Below are positions 29,504 to 41,100 of a stretch of 64,000 bases of DNA, in pieces. The notes below the pieces were generated by a model. The model saw only the letters and a program-made list of their open reading frames with translations. It made no database searches and was not told the origin of the DNA. Every line of letters starts with the position of its first letter. Within the stretch, counting starts at the first letter, position 1. Position numbers and translations under genes: made by a program. This stretch comes from an uncultured Clostridia bacterium (GTDB taxonomy: Bacteria > Bacillota > Clostridia > Christensenellales > UBA1242): contig CAMRSX010000007.1 of the NCBI GenBank assembly GCA_947053595.1, forward strand, positions 7,526-71,525, given 5' to 3'.

Positions 29504-31522
29504 ATGGATAAGCAAACCTTAACTCAAGAAAAAGCATATCTGGACAGAGTTTACACAGAAATTGACAAAATTAAGGACAAAAACAGCCAAAAAATCAAGC
29601 AAAACAAGCAGGACATCCAAAATCATAAGAGTTTCTTTGTTGAAAATTTCTATGACATCAAAACCGGAAGTGACGAACTTGCAAGTGTAAACCTTCAGAT
29701 TGAAAGCTTAGAAAATCAAAATGCCATGTTGGAAAAAGAAAACGCAAGGCTGAAAAGACAAAGAAAAAACCCATACTTTGGCCGCTTTGATTTTAAAGGC
29801 AGCACCGACACTGCACCCAAGCCATATTATATTGGCTTGGGTCTTGTTCAAAATGCTGAAAAAGAAAATCTCACCTATGACTGGCGCGCCGATGTGTGTT
29901 CGCTTTATTATGACGACAAAATTGGCAAAACCTCATACACCTGCCCAGAAGGCGAAATTTTTGGCGAGGTAACCCTCAAAAGGCAATACAAAATTGAGGA
30001 CGGCAAGCTTTCTTATTACATCAACAGCAATCTTGTGATTGATGACGACATCTTGATGGAACAGCTTTCCAAAAACGCTTCCACCAAAATGCACGACATT
30101 GTTTCCACCATTCAAAAAGAACAAAACACTCTCATTCGCGCTGAAGATTTTTCCAACACCATTGTTCAAGGCGTGGCGGGCTCTGGAAAAACCTCCATTG
30201 CCATGCACAGAGTGTCATATTTGTTATATAAATATCGCAAACAGCTTAAGAGTGAGGACATCTTGATTTTGTCCCCTTCCGAGCTGTTTTCAGACTATTT
30301 AAGCGAAGTTTTGCCCGCACTTGGGGAAGACAAGTCTTTCACCACCACTTTCAGCAGCATGGCAAAACGCCTGCTGGGTGAAAAGTTTGAAACCCGCGAA
30401 GAGATGCTTGAGAGGGTGATTGGCAAACAATCGCAAACCGATTTTGAAAACATTGCAATAAAATCCAGTTTTGAGTTTTTGGACGATTTAAAAAAATTCC
30501 TCAATCAAGACATCTGCAATCTGTTTGTGCCAAAAACGCTCACCTTTGGCGACCTTGTCATTTCAAAAGAAGAAATTTTTGACATATATTTCAAAAAATT
30601 GAAAAGCTTGTCAGTGCACAAGCGCATTGAGGTTTTGGCAGAATTCATCAGCGACAAATTTAAAGTTTCTGCCAGCAAGAAAATTGACCTTGTCAAGCGC
30701 GCAAAAAAAATTTTATATGGCAAGTTTTTGACAACCGATTTACTTAAAATTTACAATCTGTTTCTTGGAAGCTTGGAGTTGCCAGAAGTGGAAAGCATTG
30801 GAGCATATGATGTTGCGCCCGTGCTGCTGATTAAAGAAAACCTGTTTGGGCTTAAAAACAACTATGAAGCCAAATATGTTATTGTGGACGAAATGCAAGA
30901 CTATACCCCATGTCACTTCTTTCTTTTTGACAAAATCTGGCATTGCGGCAAGCTGTATTTGGGAGATGTATATCAAAGCATCGACCGCACCCTGCCAGCG
31001 TCATATCTCTCGCTTTTGGCAAAGCAAACAAAGTCAAAAGTGAGGTACCTGAATAAGTCTTATCGCAGCACCATGCAAATTTCGCTGTTTTCGCAAAAGA
31101 TTTTAAACAAACACGTTGCCAACAATGTCAACCGCACCGGCGAAGAAGTGGAATGTATTCGCACAAAAAATGTTGCGGCAGAAATTGAAAAAGCGCTTGC
31201 AAAGCTTAAAAAAGCGCAAAGCGTGGCAATCATCTGCAAAACCAAGACAGAAATCAGGCAGCTGCAAAAACAAAGCGCAATCATCAAAAAATTTAAATTG
31301 CTGGAATCTGATAAAATCAGCTCCAAAAAAGTAATAACCACCCCTGCCAATGCAAAAGGCGTGGAGTTTGATTGCGTTATCATCCCTTTTGCCAGCGAAG
31401 AAAACTATCACAATCAGCTGGACAGAAACTTGCTTTATGTGTCTTCAACGAGGGCGCTGCACAAACTGTTTTTCATCACCGACAAAGAGCCAAGCAAATT
31501 TCTTGTGAAAAGCAAAAAATGA
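29504..31522 (+). CDS. helD: UvrD-family helicase, HelD / helicase IV-like
   Basis: N-terminal coiled coil, PYFGRFDF, Walker A VQGVAGSGKTSIAMHRVSYLLY, DEMQD, and a C-terminal YVSSTRALHKL. Confidence 0.65.
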   Translation: MDKQTLTQEKAYLDRVYTEIDKIKDKNSQKIKQNKQDIQNHKSFFVENFYDIKTGSDELASVNLQIESLENQNAMLEKENARLKRQRKNPYFGRFDFKGSTDTAPKPYYIGLGLVQNAEKENLTYDWRADVCSLYYDDKIGKTSYTCPEGEIFGEVTLKRQYKIEDGKLSYYINSNLVIDDDILMEQLSKNASTKMHDIVSTIQKEQNTLIRAEDFSNTIVQGVAGSGKTSIAMHRVSYLLYKYRKQLKSEDILILSPSELFSDYLSEVLPALGEDKSFTTTFSSMAKRLLGEKFETREEMLERVIGKQSQTDFENIAIKSSFEFLDDLKKFLNQDICNLFVPKTLTFGDLVISKEEIFDIYFKKLKSLSVHKRIEVLAEFISDKFKVSASKKIDLVKRAKKILYGKFLTTDLLKIYNLFLGSLELPEVESIGAYDVAPVLLIKENLFGLKNNYEAKYVIVDEMQDYTPCHFFLFDKIWHCGKLYLGDVYQSIDRTLPASYLSLLAKQTKSKVRYLNKSYRSTMQISLFSQKILNKHVANNVNRTGEEVECIRTKNVAAEIEKALAKLKKAQSVAIICKTKTEIRQLQKQSAIIKKFKLLESDKISSKKVITTPANAKGVEFDCVIIPFASEENYHNQLDRNLLYVSSTRALHKLFFITDKEPSKFLVKSKK

Positions 31523-31704
31523 AAGAATATTCATTTGCAATGAATAAAAATTCTGCAAACTTAAAGCTTTACAAAATGATGAAAAATGTAAACAGTTTTG
31601 CAAAAATGCCCGATTGCTGTTTTGATTGCCAAAATCGGCTTTTTTGCAGAAAGAAGGCAGGAAAAAGGCAAAACATATCCACAAAAATGTGGAAATGTGG
31701 ATAA
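31519..31704 (+). CDS. possible small Cys-rich protein (61 aa)
   Basis: ATG overlaps the helD stop (ATGA). Contains MPDCCFDCQNRLFC. There is no SD, and the 3' end coincides with the DnaA boxes, so it may be non-coding. Confidence 0.2.
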   Translation: MKEYSFAMNKNSANLKLYKMMKNVNSFAKMPDCCFDCQNRLFCRKKAGKRQNISTKMWKCG

Positions 31705-31811
31705 CTTGTGTAGTTTTCCTTCAAAAACAGCCCTTTATGCCCTCCTGTATAAACATAAATTCAAATGAATATTTATAAATTTGTGGATAAGTGGACTTCT
31801 CTTGTGCACAA
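31675..31811. promoter_or_regulatory. DnaA-box cluster
   Basis: Two perfect TGTGGATAA boxes (31696-31704, 31782-31790). Near-boxes ATATCCACA (31675-31683), TGTGGAAAT (31688-31696) and TGTGCACAA (31803-31811). An AT-rich stretch lies between them, just upstream of the hisS promoter (TTGACA 31829-31834). Confidence 0.5.
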
Positions 31812-31891
31812 CTTAAAGCATTATATGCTTGACAAATTGGCGTATTTTGTATTAAAATCAACTTAAATATCAAATTATGGGAGAGGAGAAA

Positions 31892-33199
31892 ATGTCCAAT
31901 CAAAAACTTATCACCCCCAGAAAATTGCAAGGCTTTTGGGAGCTTATGCCAAAAGAGCAAATGCTTTTTTCCAAGCTTTTAAATTCAATTGAAGAAGTGT
32001 TTAAAAACAACTGCTTTTTGCCTCTTGACACGCCAGTTTTGGAATATTCTGACGCGTTGCTTGCAAAAAGCGGCGGAGAAACTGACAAACAGGTTTTTCG
32101 CTTTTCAAAGGGCGACACGGATATGTGCATGAGATATGACCTCACGGTGCCTCTTGCACGCTTTGTTTCAATGCACCAAAACGAACTTAACTTTCCGTTT
32201 AAGCGATATCAAATTGGAAAGGTCTATCGTGGCGAGCGCCCACAAAAGGGCAGATTTAGAGAGTTCTATCACTGTGATGCCGACATCATTGGAGATGGCG
32301 AGCTTCCTCTTGTTGCAGACGCCGAATGCGTAAGTTTGTTTGCCAAATGCTTCAAGGCGGTGGATGTGGAAGTGGAAATCAGGCTTTCAAATCGCAAAAT
32401 TTTGTCGGGGTTTATTCAACACATCAACAAAGAAGACAAAATGGTGGACATCCTGATTGTTTTGGACAAGCTGGACAAACTGCCTTTTGAAACAGCCGCA
32501 GCAGAGCTGAAAGCGTTGGGACTGAAAGAAAATGAAATTGAAAAAATTGTCAAACTGACAAAAACAAGTGGCAAAATTGAGGAGGTTTTGCAGAATTTGC
32601 GCGGACTTTGCGCAAATCAGCTGTTTGAAACGGGAATTTCAGAGCTTGAAGAAACCAGCAAATATCTGCAAAGCATGGGCACCAAAGTGGTGTTTGACCT
32701 ATCCATCATTCGCGGGCACAACTATTACACCGGCACCGTTTTTGAAGCTTTCTTAAGCGGCAGCAAATTGGCAGTTGGCGGCGGTGGACGCTTTGAAAAT
32801 CTGTGCAGCTATTTTTCTGACAGAAAGATGCCGGGCGTGGGAATGAGCGTGGGAATCACCCGCCTGTTTGACATCCTCTTGCAAGACGGAAAGCTGGACA
32901 CAAGCAAAACCAATGAGGTGGAGCTTGCCATTCTCACTTTTGACGAAACCCTCACCCATGGGCTTGACATCATGAGCAAGCTTCGCGCAAACAACATCAA
33001 GGCAGACTGCTTCTATGCAAACAAATCTTTCAAATCAAAGCTTAAGGAGGCCAATCGAAGACAGATTAAATATGTGCTGATTGTTGGCGAAGATGAAGTG
33101 AAATCGCAAAAGTTTGCTTTGAAAGATATGGAAAGCGGCAATCAATTTTTGCTTTCTGTTGAAGAAATTGTTTCAAAATTGAAATCTGACCGAATGTGA
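31892..33199 (+). CDS. hisS: histidine--tRNA ligase
   Basis: GGETDKQVFRF, MRYDLTVPLARF, AVGGGGRFENL and a C-terminal anticodon-binding domain. ATG 31892 follows GGAGAGGAG. Confidence 0.9.
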   Translation: MSNQKLITPRKLQGFWELMPKEQMLFSKLLNSIEEVFKNNCFLPLDTPVLEYSDALLAKSGGETDKQVFRFSKGDTDMCMRYDLTVPLARFVSMHQNELNFPFKRYQIGKVYRGERPQKGRFREFYHCDADIIGDGELPLVADAECVSLFAKCFKAVDVEVEIRLSNRKILSGFIQHINKEDKMVDILIVLDKLDKLPFETAAAELKALGLKENEIEKIVKLTKTSGKIEEVLQNLRGLCANQLFETGISELEETSKYLQSMGTKVVFDLSIIRGHNYYTGTVFEAFLSGSKLAVGGGGRFENLCSYFSDRKMPGVGMSVGITRLFDILLQDGKLDTSKTNEVELAILTFDETLTHGLDIMSKLRANNIKADCFYANKSFKSKLKEANRRQIKYVLIVGEDEVKSQKFALKDMESGNQFLLSVEEIVSKLKSDRM

Positions 33200-33281
33200 A
33201 GGCGCAAAATAAAAAACCAAACAAAAAGACAAAACAAAAAGACAAAACAAAATTTTAAGAAAGAAAAAAGGAATTTTTGAT

Positions 33282-34973
33282 ATGAATAACAAAAAAATTT
33301 TGGTTACCGCTGCGCTTTTGTATGTCAACGGGTTGCCTCACCTTGGTCACGTTGTGGGCTGCTGGCTGCCTGCGGATATTTTCACACGCTTTCACAAATC
33401 TTACGGAAATGATGTTGTGTATGTCAGCGGAACTGACGACCACGGCACAGCAAGCTATGTTTCTGCAAAAGAGGCAGGCATGGCACCTTCTGACTATATT
33501 GCCAGCATGAATGCAAAGATGAAAGAAATTGCCAAAACACTTTGCATCAACTTTGACATCTTCAGCGGAACAAACACCGCAGTTCACAAAGAAGTGACAA
33601 CAGATTTCTTCAATGAAATCCACAAAAATGGCTACACAGAAGAAAAGTGCAGCCAAATGCTGTTTTGCGAGCACGACCACATTGCCCTTGCAGACCGCTT
33701 TGTGTTTGGCGTTTGCCCATATTGCGGCTATGACAAAGCTTATGGCGACCAATGCGACAAATGCGGGAAAACCTATGAATTGGACGATTTAAAGGCTCCA
33801 AAATGCTCTTTTTGTGGCAAAGAAGCTGTCAAAAAAGAAACCAAGCACATATACATTTCTTTGGACAAGCTTCAGCCACAACTGCAAGCTTGGGTGGAAA
33901 GCAAAAAGGATGTTTGGCGCCCTCACGTTTACAGCATGACAAACAAGTGGTTTAAGGAGGGCTTGAAGCCTCGCTGCATCACCCGCGACATCCCTTGGGG
34001 AATTGAAGTGCCACTTGCTGGCTTTGAAGGCAAAGTTTTTTATGTTTGGTTTGACGCCCCAATTGGATATATCTCCATAACCAAAGAACTTGGCGGAGAT
34101 GAAATGGTGAAAGACCGCTGGCAAAATGACGACTGCCAAATTTACAACTTCATTGGAAAGGACAACATAGATTTTCACGCTGTGTTTTTCCCAAGCATGC
34201 AACTTGCTTGCAAAAAATATAATCTTGCAACAAATGTGGTTGGCTTCAACTTCTTAAACTTTGAAGGGCAAAAATTTTCCAAATCAAACCACATTGGCAT
34301 TTTCTGTGACAAGCTTCAAAACAGCAGCGTGGACATTGACGCTTTGCGCGCATATCTTGTGTCCATCTTCCCAGAAAACAAAGACAGCGATTTCACTTAT
34401 GAAGGCTTCAAGCTGAACACAAATGCCGAGTTGGTGGGAAAATATGGCAACTTTTTCAATCGCACACTCAACATGATTAACAAAAACTTTGAAGGCGCAC
34501 TGGGCGTGGATTTTGATGACATCAAAGCCAGTCTGGACCAAAACGACAACGAGATGATTGACGCCATTTCAACCTGCCCAAACACCATTGCTGACTTGTT
34601 TGCCAAGACGGAGTTTAAGGCTGCATACAAAGAAATCATGCGCTTTGCCTCCATTGGAAACACATATCTTGAAAAAACCGCACCTTGGACACTCATCAAA
34701 AACGGAAACATTGACGCTGCAAAAAAAGTGCTTTATTTGTGCCTTAACATGGCAAAAGCACTGGCAATTGTTGCCAGCCCAATTCTGCCAAATAAAACAG
34801 CAGAAATTTGGACAGAGCAGCTTAACTTTGAAGGAAGCCCAAGTGATGCAGGGCTGTGGCAAGAATCCACAAAAATTTGCATTGCAAAAAACCACAAAGT
34901 CAACCTTCCAAAGCCATTGTTTGCCCGCTTGGATGACGAAGCCATCCAAAGCTTGAAAAACGAATTGGCATAA
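33282..34973 (+). CDS. metG: methionine--tRNA ligase
   Basis: YVNGLPHLGHVVG (HIGH), zinc knuckles CPYCG..CDKCG, KFSKSN (KMSKS). Confidence 0.9.
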   Translation: MNNKKILVTAALLYVNGLPHLGHVVGCWLPADIFTRFHKSYGNDVVYVSGTDDHGTASYVSAKEAGMAPSDYIASMNAKMKEIAKTLCINFDIFSGTNTAVHKEVTTDFFNEIHKNGYTEEKCSQMLFCEHDHIALADRFVFGVCPYCGYDKAYGDQCDKCGKTYELDDLKAPKCSFCGKEAVKKETKHIYISLDKLQPQLQAWVESKKDVWRPHVYSMTNKWFKEGLKPRCITRDIPWGIEVPLAGFEGKVFYVWFDAPIGYISITKELGGDEMVKDRWQNDDCQIYNFIGKDNIDFHAVFFPSMQLACKKYNLATNVVGFNFLNFEGQKFSKSNHIGIFCDKLQNSSVDIDALRAYLVSIFPENKDSDFTYEGFKLNTNAELVGKYGNFFNRTLNMINKNFEGALGVDFDDIKASLDQNDNEMIDAISTCPNTIADLFAKTEFKAAYKEIMRFASIGNTYLEKTAPWTLIKNGNIDAAKKVLYLCLNMAKALAIVASPILPNKTAEIWTEQLNFEGSPSDAGLWQESTKICIAKNHKVNLPKPLFARLDDEAIQSLKNELA

Positions 34974-35112
34974 CAAGTTGCGCGGTTTTTGCAAAACAAT
35001 TCTGCAACGCAGATTATGCAATTTTTTGAAAAGCAATTTTACAAAGCCAAAACAAGTTGCAAAGCCAAAACAAGCAAAAAGCTCTTGTCTGCACTGTTGA
35101 TTGCACTGCAGA

Positions 35113-35160
35113 TAAAAAAAAGACATATTGATTTTCAAAATTTCAATATGTCTTTTTTTG
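35113..35160. terminator. bidirectional terminator at convergence point
   Basis: A8, AGACATATTGA / TCAATATGTCT 11-bp stem, T7. It lies between metG (+) and the 2278-aa ORF (-). Confidence 0.7.
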
Positions 35161-35165
35161 TTTTG

Positions 35166-38100
35166 CTATGCCGCAAGCACTTCAAACTGTTCTTGCAGTG
35201 AGTTGAGATATGCGTCATATTTGTCAATGTAAGACTGCATGTAAGCCGCTCTGAAATGCCCATTTGTGAAAATCAGTTTCCCGCCAAATGCCTCACCCGG
35301 CGTTCCGCCTTTGCTTGTGACAACTGCGCCAGCTTTGGTTGTGTAAGACTCTCCTTCCACAGAGTGGATGTCAATGTCAAGCGTCACGGCATCCATAATT
35401 TTAACAGAGGTGGCAAGGCTGTCAATGAAGCCATAATTTTTGTCCACCAGCTGATTTGCAGAGGTGAGATGTTTTCCTTGTGCGGAAACCGTTCCCAGCA
35501 CAACATCCATGTCAGTCGCTGTTGTGCCCATAAGGTTGGAGCCACTCACCTTCATCTTATAGCCCACAGGTGCAAGGTTGTCATCCAACAATTCGTTGAA
35601 ATCCAACAACACCCTTTCAATTGTTGGGTGAGCGTTGATGCTGGCAATAATCTTATCAATTGTTTCCATGCCTGTTTTGTTAAGCCCCATGATGTCTTGA
35701 ATGATTTGATTTATGCTTGTTGAAATTTCACCAGAATGATATGTCTTGTCAACAACTTTTTCCACCTTGGTCCACTTACTGAACAACCCTTCTGTGGTGT
35801 AATTGAACGCCTTCATGCCCAGCGCGCCGTCTTTATATTCCAGCACAACCGTTCTTGTGTCATAAGTTTTGTCAAGCAGCAGCCCCACCGCAAATGACAG
35901 CCAGCCTTCATACTTGATGTCAAGCTGAGCATAAAGCTGAAGCTCTCCTTCGTCTGAAATTGAAGCCAACAGGTCAAGTGCAATCTTAAACTTGATGGAG
36001 TTTATGATGTCCACACCAACTGTGCCTTGGAAGTTGAAGTTCTTTTGATTTGCCGTGTTAACTGCCGTATCCGTGAATTTTGGAAGGTTGTTGAAATCAA
36101 AATGCTGCACGCTTGTGTCATAATCAAATTCCGTTTCAGAAGTGAACTGATTGAATGAAATTGTGAAATTGATGACATTGTCTTGCATCACAAGATTTTC
36201 AATCACCAGTTTGCTTAGGCTGTATTTCATACCCTCGTCCGTCATAGTTCCGCGCACAATCAATTTGATTGTTGCAATGTCTTTGCCGGCATTTTGCGCG
36301 TCATTGGCTGCAACATCCAGCTTCAGCATCAAAGCAATTTCTTCCTCTGTCTGCAGCAAGCTGATTTGTTTAATCATTTTGGTGATGTTTTCAGCAGAGC
36401 TTAAAAGCCCATCCACCTTGGAGATTGTGTCCCCAATGTCTGCGCCCTCATCAGCACCAAGCAGTTTTCTTATGAAGCTGAAGTCTGTCAGCGTTTCATA
36501 AAGCCTCAATCCGCCTGACAACTTGTCGCCAAGTTTCATGCCCGTTGCGCCCACAATGAGAGAAATTATGTCTGTCATGTTGCTGTTTGAAAGCTTTGCA
36601 CGGAAATAGTTGCTTCCAATGTTGTTTGTTCCGTTCTCATCGCCTTTGTCGGTGTCATCCGCATAGTTGCTGTGAGTGTATGTGAAGTAAAGCCCATAAC
36701 CATTGCTTTGATATAACAAATCAATCAGATGCTCCACATCGCTGGCGTCAGGCGTTGTTCCGGTTTTAATGCCAAAACTTCCCTGAACATTAAGCTGCTT
36801 GCCTTCAAACAAATCCAAACCGCTTTCGCTTAAGATTGGATTGCCATTTTCATCTTTTGGCAAATCCTTCAGCTGCAAAGCAACATCACCGGCAATTTTT
36901 GTGGTGTGTGAAGTTGTCTTGTTGGAAATGGAGCCGTCCAGTGCCACCTTGTAAGCATAGCCATCTTCTTCATCTTCCAAAAGTGCATATTCCAGCACTG
37001 CTTTTGTGGCGTCAAGTAAAGTTTTGTAAGAAGTGAAATCTTCAAGCTTTGTGACGTTTTGGCTAACTTCCAGCCCGTCTTCGGCTGAAATCCAAGTTTT
37101 CACCTCCGAAACCTCTGACATGTTGGATGCAACTGCAGAGATTTGTTTGAAGCCAGCCACATCACTGAAGAAAGTTCTGTCCAAGCCCATCACAAACTCG
37201 CCAACATTGATGTTTGACAAATAGATTGCCAAGTTGCGATTGAGCGTGCTGCTTTCTTCGTCTGCCAATTTGTATTCCTCATAATTTTCATACAGCACTG
37301 TGTTGGCATCATGAATGTTTGCGCCAATCACAAGCTTTGTTGGCAGAATGGTGTTTTTGTAATTTTCAATCAAGAGTTGTGCAAAAATGTTATAGAACCA
37401 AGAGTTTTCGCCATATTTCAAAACATTTGCTTCACCGCCAAAGTCTTCAATGTTGTTTGAGAAAACTTCCACCGTTTTCATTTCGCCCGTTGCCTCATCT
37501 GCAACTTGCTTGTGAGAAACAATTTGGTTTCGTTCAACAAAGTTTCCAAGACAAATTTGAAGGCCGTTTTCCAGCCAGCTGCCATAAATGCGGTCAAGCG
37601 CTGGAAGCAGCACCTTAAACATCTGCATGGTTGTGTCAAGCACCGCTGCAGTGTTGGCAAAGTCTTGCCCAGCCTTGGCAAGTGTGACTTGTGCGTTTTT
37701 GTCAGTTTTCAGCAACTGACCAAGGTTGTTGTTTACAAAATCCATAACCTCTTGAATGGTGTTTTGTGATAGGTCAGCCACCAGCTGAAGACCATTGATG
37801 TCAATGTATAGGTTGTTTTCAATGATGTAGACATAAGTTGAAAGACCCAAAGATGTGGTGTGAAGCAAAACTGCTGGAGTGTAAGAAACGCTTCCTGTTG
37901 CCTTGTCAGTGTTTTTGACAACCATAACTGTCAGCTTCCCATAGAAAGTTGTGGTGCTGTATCTCACCGCAATGTCGCTGGTGAAAGCATAAACATCTTC
38001 TTGCACTTGCAAGCTGTCAATCATGCCGTCAATGATGTTTTGGCTATAGTCTTCAAACTCCTCTGCATCAAACTGCGAAATTGTGGAGTTTTGCACATGG

Positions 38101-41100
38101 TTCACCTTCAAGTTGCTGCTTATGCCGCCAAGCAAGTTGACATCAATGACATCCAACTTGTCTTCCGCAAAAGCAACCTCAATGCTGCCCAGTTTTGTGG
38201 AAAGCATGCCCGAATTGTTGAACAAACTGATGCTTAACTTTTCGAAGTTTCCAGAAAACTGCAGCACAAGTTTGTCAAAACAGTCAGAAAGGGTGTAATT
38301 TTCTGCAATGTCCAAAAGCTGATTGAACACACCAAAATCAACCACAAAACCAAACCTTCCAGAAGTGAGGTTGTTGATGGTTTCAAACACATCCACTTGC
38401 TTGCCCGAAGAAGAGATGTTTGTTTTGATTTTCATGTTGCCATAAGCAACATACACCAACCCTTCATGCACGCGCACGCTGAACTTTTCGCCGCACACAT
38501 TGTTGCAAGAAATTTCAATTTCGCCGTTGTAATATTTAAACTTTCCAACTTCAGTTTGCTTGTCAATCACATTCCAGCCGTTGTAAGCAAAAGTGAAATC
38601 AAATTCAAACACTCCCGCTTTAACATAGTCCACAAGATTTTTGATTTTTGGAAGCAGCAAAAGCGCATCTTGCGCATCTTCAGGAAGCTTCTCTTGCAAA
38701 ATTTGCTGTTCGTCAAGCAGCATCACTTGAATGCGCAGTTTGTCAGAAATCACATAGTTAAACTGCAACTTTTGTCCGTCCACCGAAAGCAAGTTGCCTT
38801 CAAGTGCAAAAACCTTCAAGATGTCCACCGCATTCAAGTCAAGCGTTTTCAAAAGGCTTAAGAACGCATTTTTGTCAAACTGCGAGGAAGGAATTTCCAG
38901 ATTAAACACTTGCAAAATTTCCTCAAACAGTTGTTTTGCATTGCAAAGGTCTGCCTTCAAGAAAAGTTCGCCCAGCTGGAAACAAACAACATTGTCCCAA
39001 ACAATCAACTGCACATCTTCGCCAAACAGCACGGTTTTTGCAGAGAAATAAATTTTGTCAGTGAGTTCCAACTGAATGTCAAAAGTCAGTTCCAGTGTTT
39101 TTGTCAAGCCATCTTCCACATATCCAACTTCCATTTTGGCTGTGCCAGAGTGCGCGGATGTGAGGTTGTAATATTCTTGTTCACTTTCCGCTTCCATTTC
39201 AAAATTAACAATTTCAGCAACCAGTGTTGCGCTGTTTTGCAGTGTCAACATAAAGCCATGCAACACGTCTTCTTCAAACAGCACTTCCACGTTTGCAGAC
39301 ATAGGATTTTGAGTGTTAAACAAAATGTCCACACCCAAGCCAAACATGTTTGCATAAAGCGCATAGCTGCTGTTTCTTATGTTCACAGAAAGTTTTTCCA
39401 AAAGCTGCAAAGCGGAAAGATTTGAAACATCTTCTCCAAAAATTTTGTCAAGCAGCCATCTTATCGCGTCAAGTTGTTCCACTTCTTGCAAGCTTTCATC
39501 CTCAGCGCCTTCTTGCAAAGCTTCAGCTTTAAAGCCAAAGTTGTCTGCCGCCACTGCCAAGATGATTTCAGAAAGCTGGCTGGCTTTGTCTGCCTCAAGC
39601 TTAAGTTTTCTGCCACCATAGTTCACAAAAAGCCAACCATTTTGGCATCTGATTTGCAACTGATTTCCGCCAATCTTGCAAACATCAATTTCAAAGATGT
39701 TTTGCGTTAAATCAATTTTGACTGTTCCAGAAAGAGAGATGTTGTTAAATTCAAAGCCAAAGTTAAAAGCATATTGCTTGCCTTCAAAATAAGTTTTTGC
39801 GCTTTCAACTTTGTTAAGCACGCTTTCAAAACTTTGCGTTGCCTGTGGCAAAACCACAACATCGTTGCAAGAGTGCAAAGTGAAATTCAACAAGCCATTT
39901 GCCAGCTGCGCATCCACCTTCAATGTGTTGTTTTCCACAGAAAGTTTTGCAACTTCGGCAACGCCGTCTTCCATAAGCATCTTAACCACTGCCAGAGAAT
40001 CTTTGCCCCCAACAAGTTCAACCTTGTCAAAGACATCTTTCACAAATGCCATAACGCACTCTGCATTCAAAGCGCCAAAAGAACCCACTTCCAAATCAAA
40101 CAGCTCTTGAATTCTTTTTGCATAGCTTTCCATTTCGCTCAGCTTGCCTGCCACAACCAGCTCTCCAAGCGCAAGCAGAATGTCAGCATCTGCTTTGCCT
40201 TCTGTGTCCGCAAAATTGTGATTGACAAAAATCTGCAAGTTTTCTTTCAAAGCAGTTGTGTAAAGCCCAACGCGCACTTCGCGTTCGTTGAAATTCACCA
40301 CATAATCAAAAGCCAGTTCTTGATTTTCTTGTGTGGAAAAGACAACTTTTCCGCCAAACTTTTTGGTTGTCAAAACTTCATCCAAAACGGAAGTTAGTGG
40401 CAAAAGGCTAATCAAATCATAGAAATTCTCTTCAACCACAATTCCGTCATCAGATGGCGCAAAAGCAAGCAAAACCTTCACATCATCACAGCTCACCAAA
40501 ACGCTTTCCAGCATTTCGTCTTGTTGCTTCAGCACAATGCAAAGCTCTTCACCTTCCAAATCAGCCACATCCCAGCGCATTGTGAAATCATTGCCTTGCA
40601 AAAGCGTGGAAGAAGGAAGATATGCCTTCAAAGAAACTTCCGAAGAAACCCCGGAAAGAAGACTTTTCAAAATTTGCTTGCCATCCAAATCAATGTTGGC
40701 ATAGCGCGCAATAATCTCTTTCACAATTTCAGCCACAGTTTTGTTTGTGTGTTTTTCAACAATCTGGTCAATTTCACTTGCCCACTTTTTGCAGTCTTCC
40801 ACCAAAAGCTTAAGTTTAAGATTCCCCGCCTGCAAATATATGGTTTCATCACAATATGTCAGCGCAATTTCAAGCCCAGCATAATCAGTTTCAAAGCGCA
40901 CCTTGATGGAGTCTTCAAAATCAAACAGCACTTTTCCGCAAAGCGAAAGGGTCTCTTTGTTTGCCATTGGCACTTGCAAAGCAATGTCCGCGCTCACAAA
41001 TTTATTGTTTGTAAACAGTTTTTGAGCATATCCCGCATAAAGCGCAATGCCACTGAGGTCAATTTCCTCTCCGCTTGGGATGTAAGAAACTTCAACCTCG

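Noticed and set aside
31523-31891. T-box leader upstream of hisS (also checked 20147-20224 for glnS and 33200-33281 for metG)
   Set aside because: No T-box sequence (GGTGGTACCGCG-like) or specifier/terminator architecture was seen. The glnS and metG spacers are too short.
33200-33260. Short direct repeat CAAAAAGACAAAA x2 after hisS (and CAAAGCCAAAACAAG x2 at 35041-35075)
   Set aside because: These are very short, A-rich duplications consistent with slippage in low-complexity spacers.
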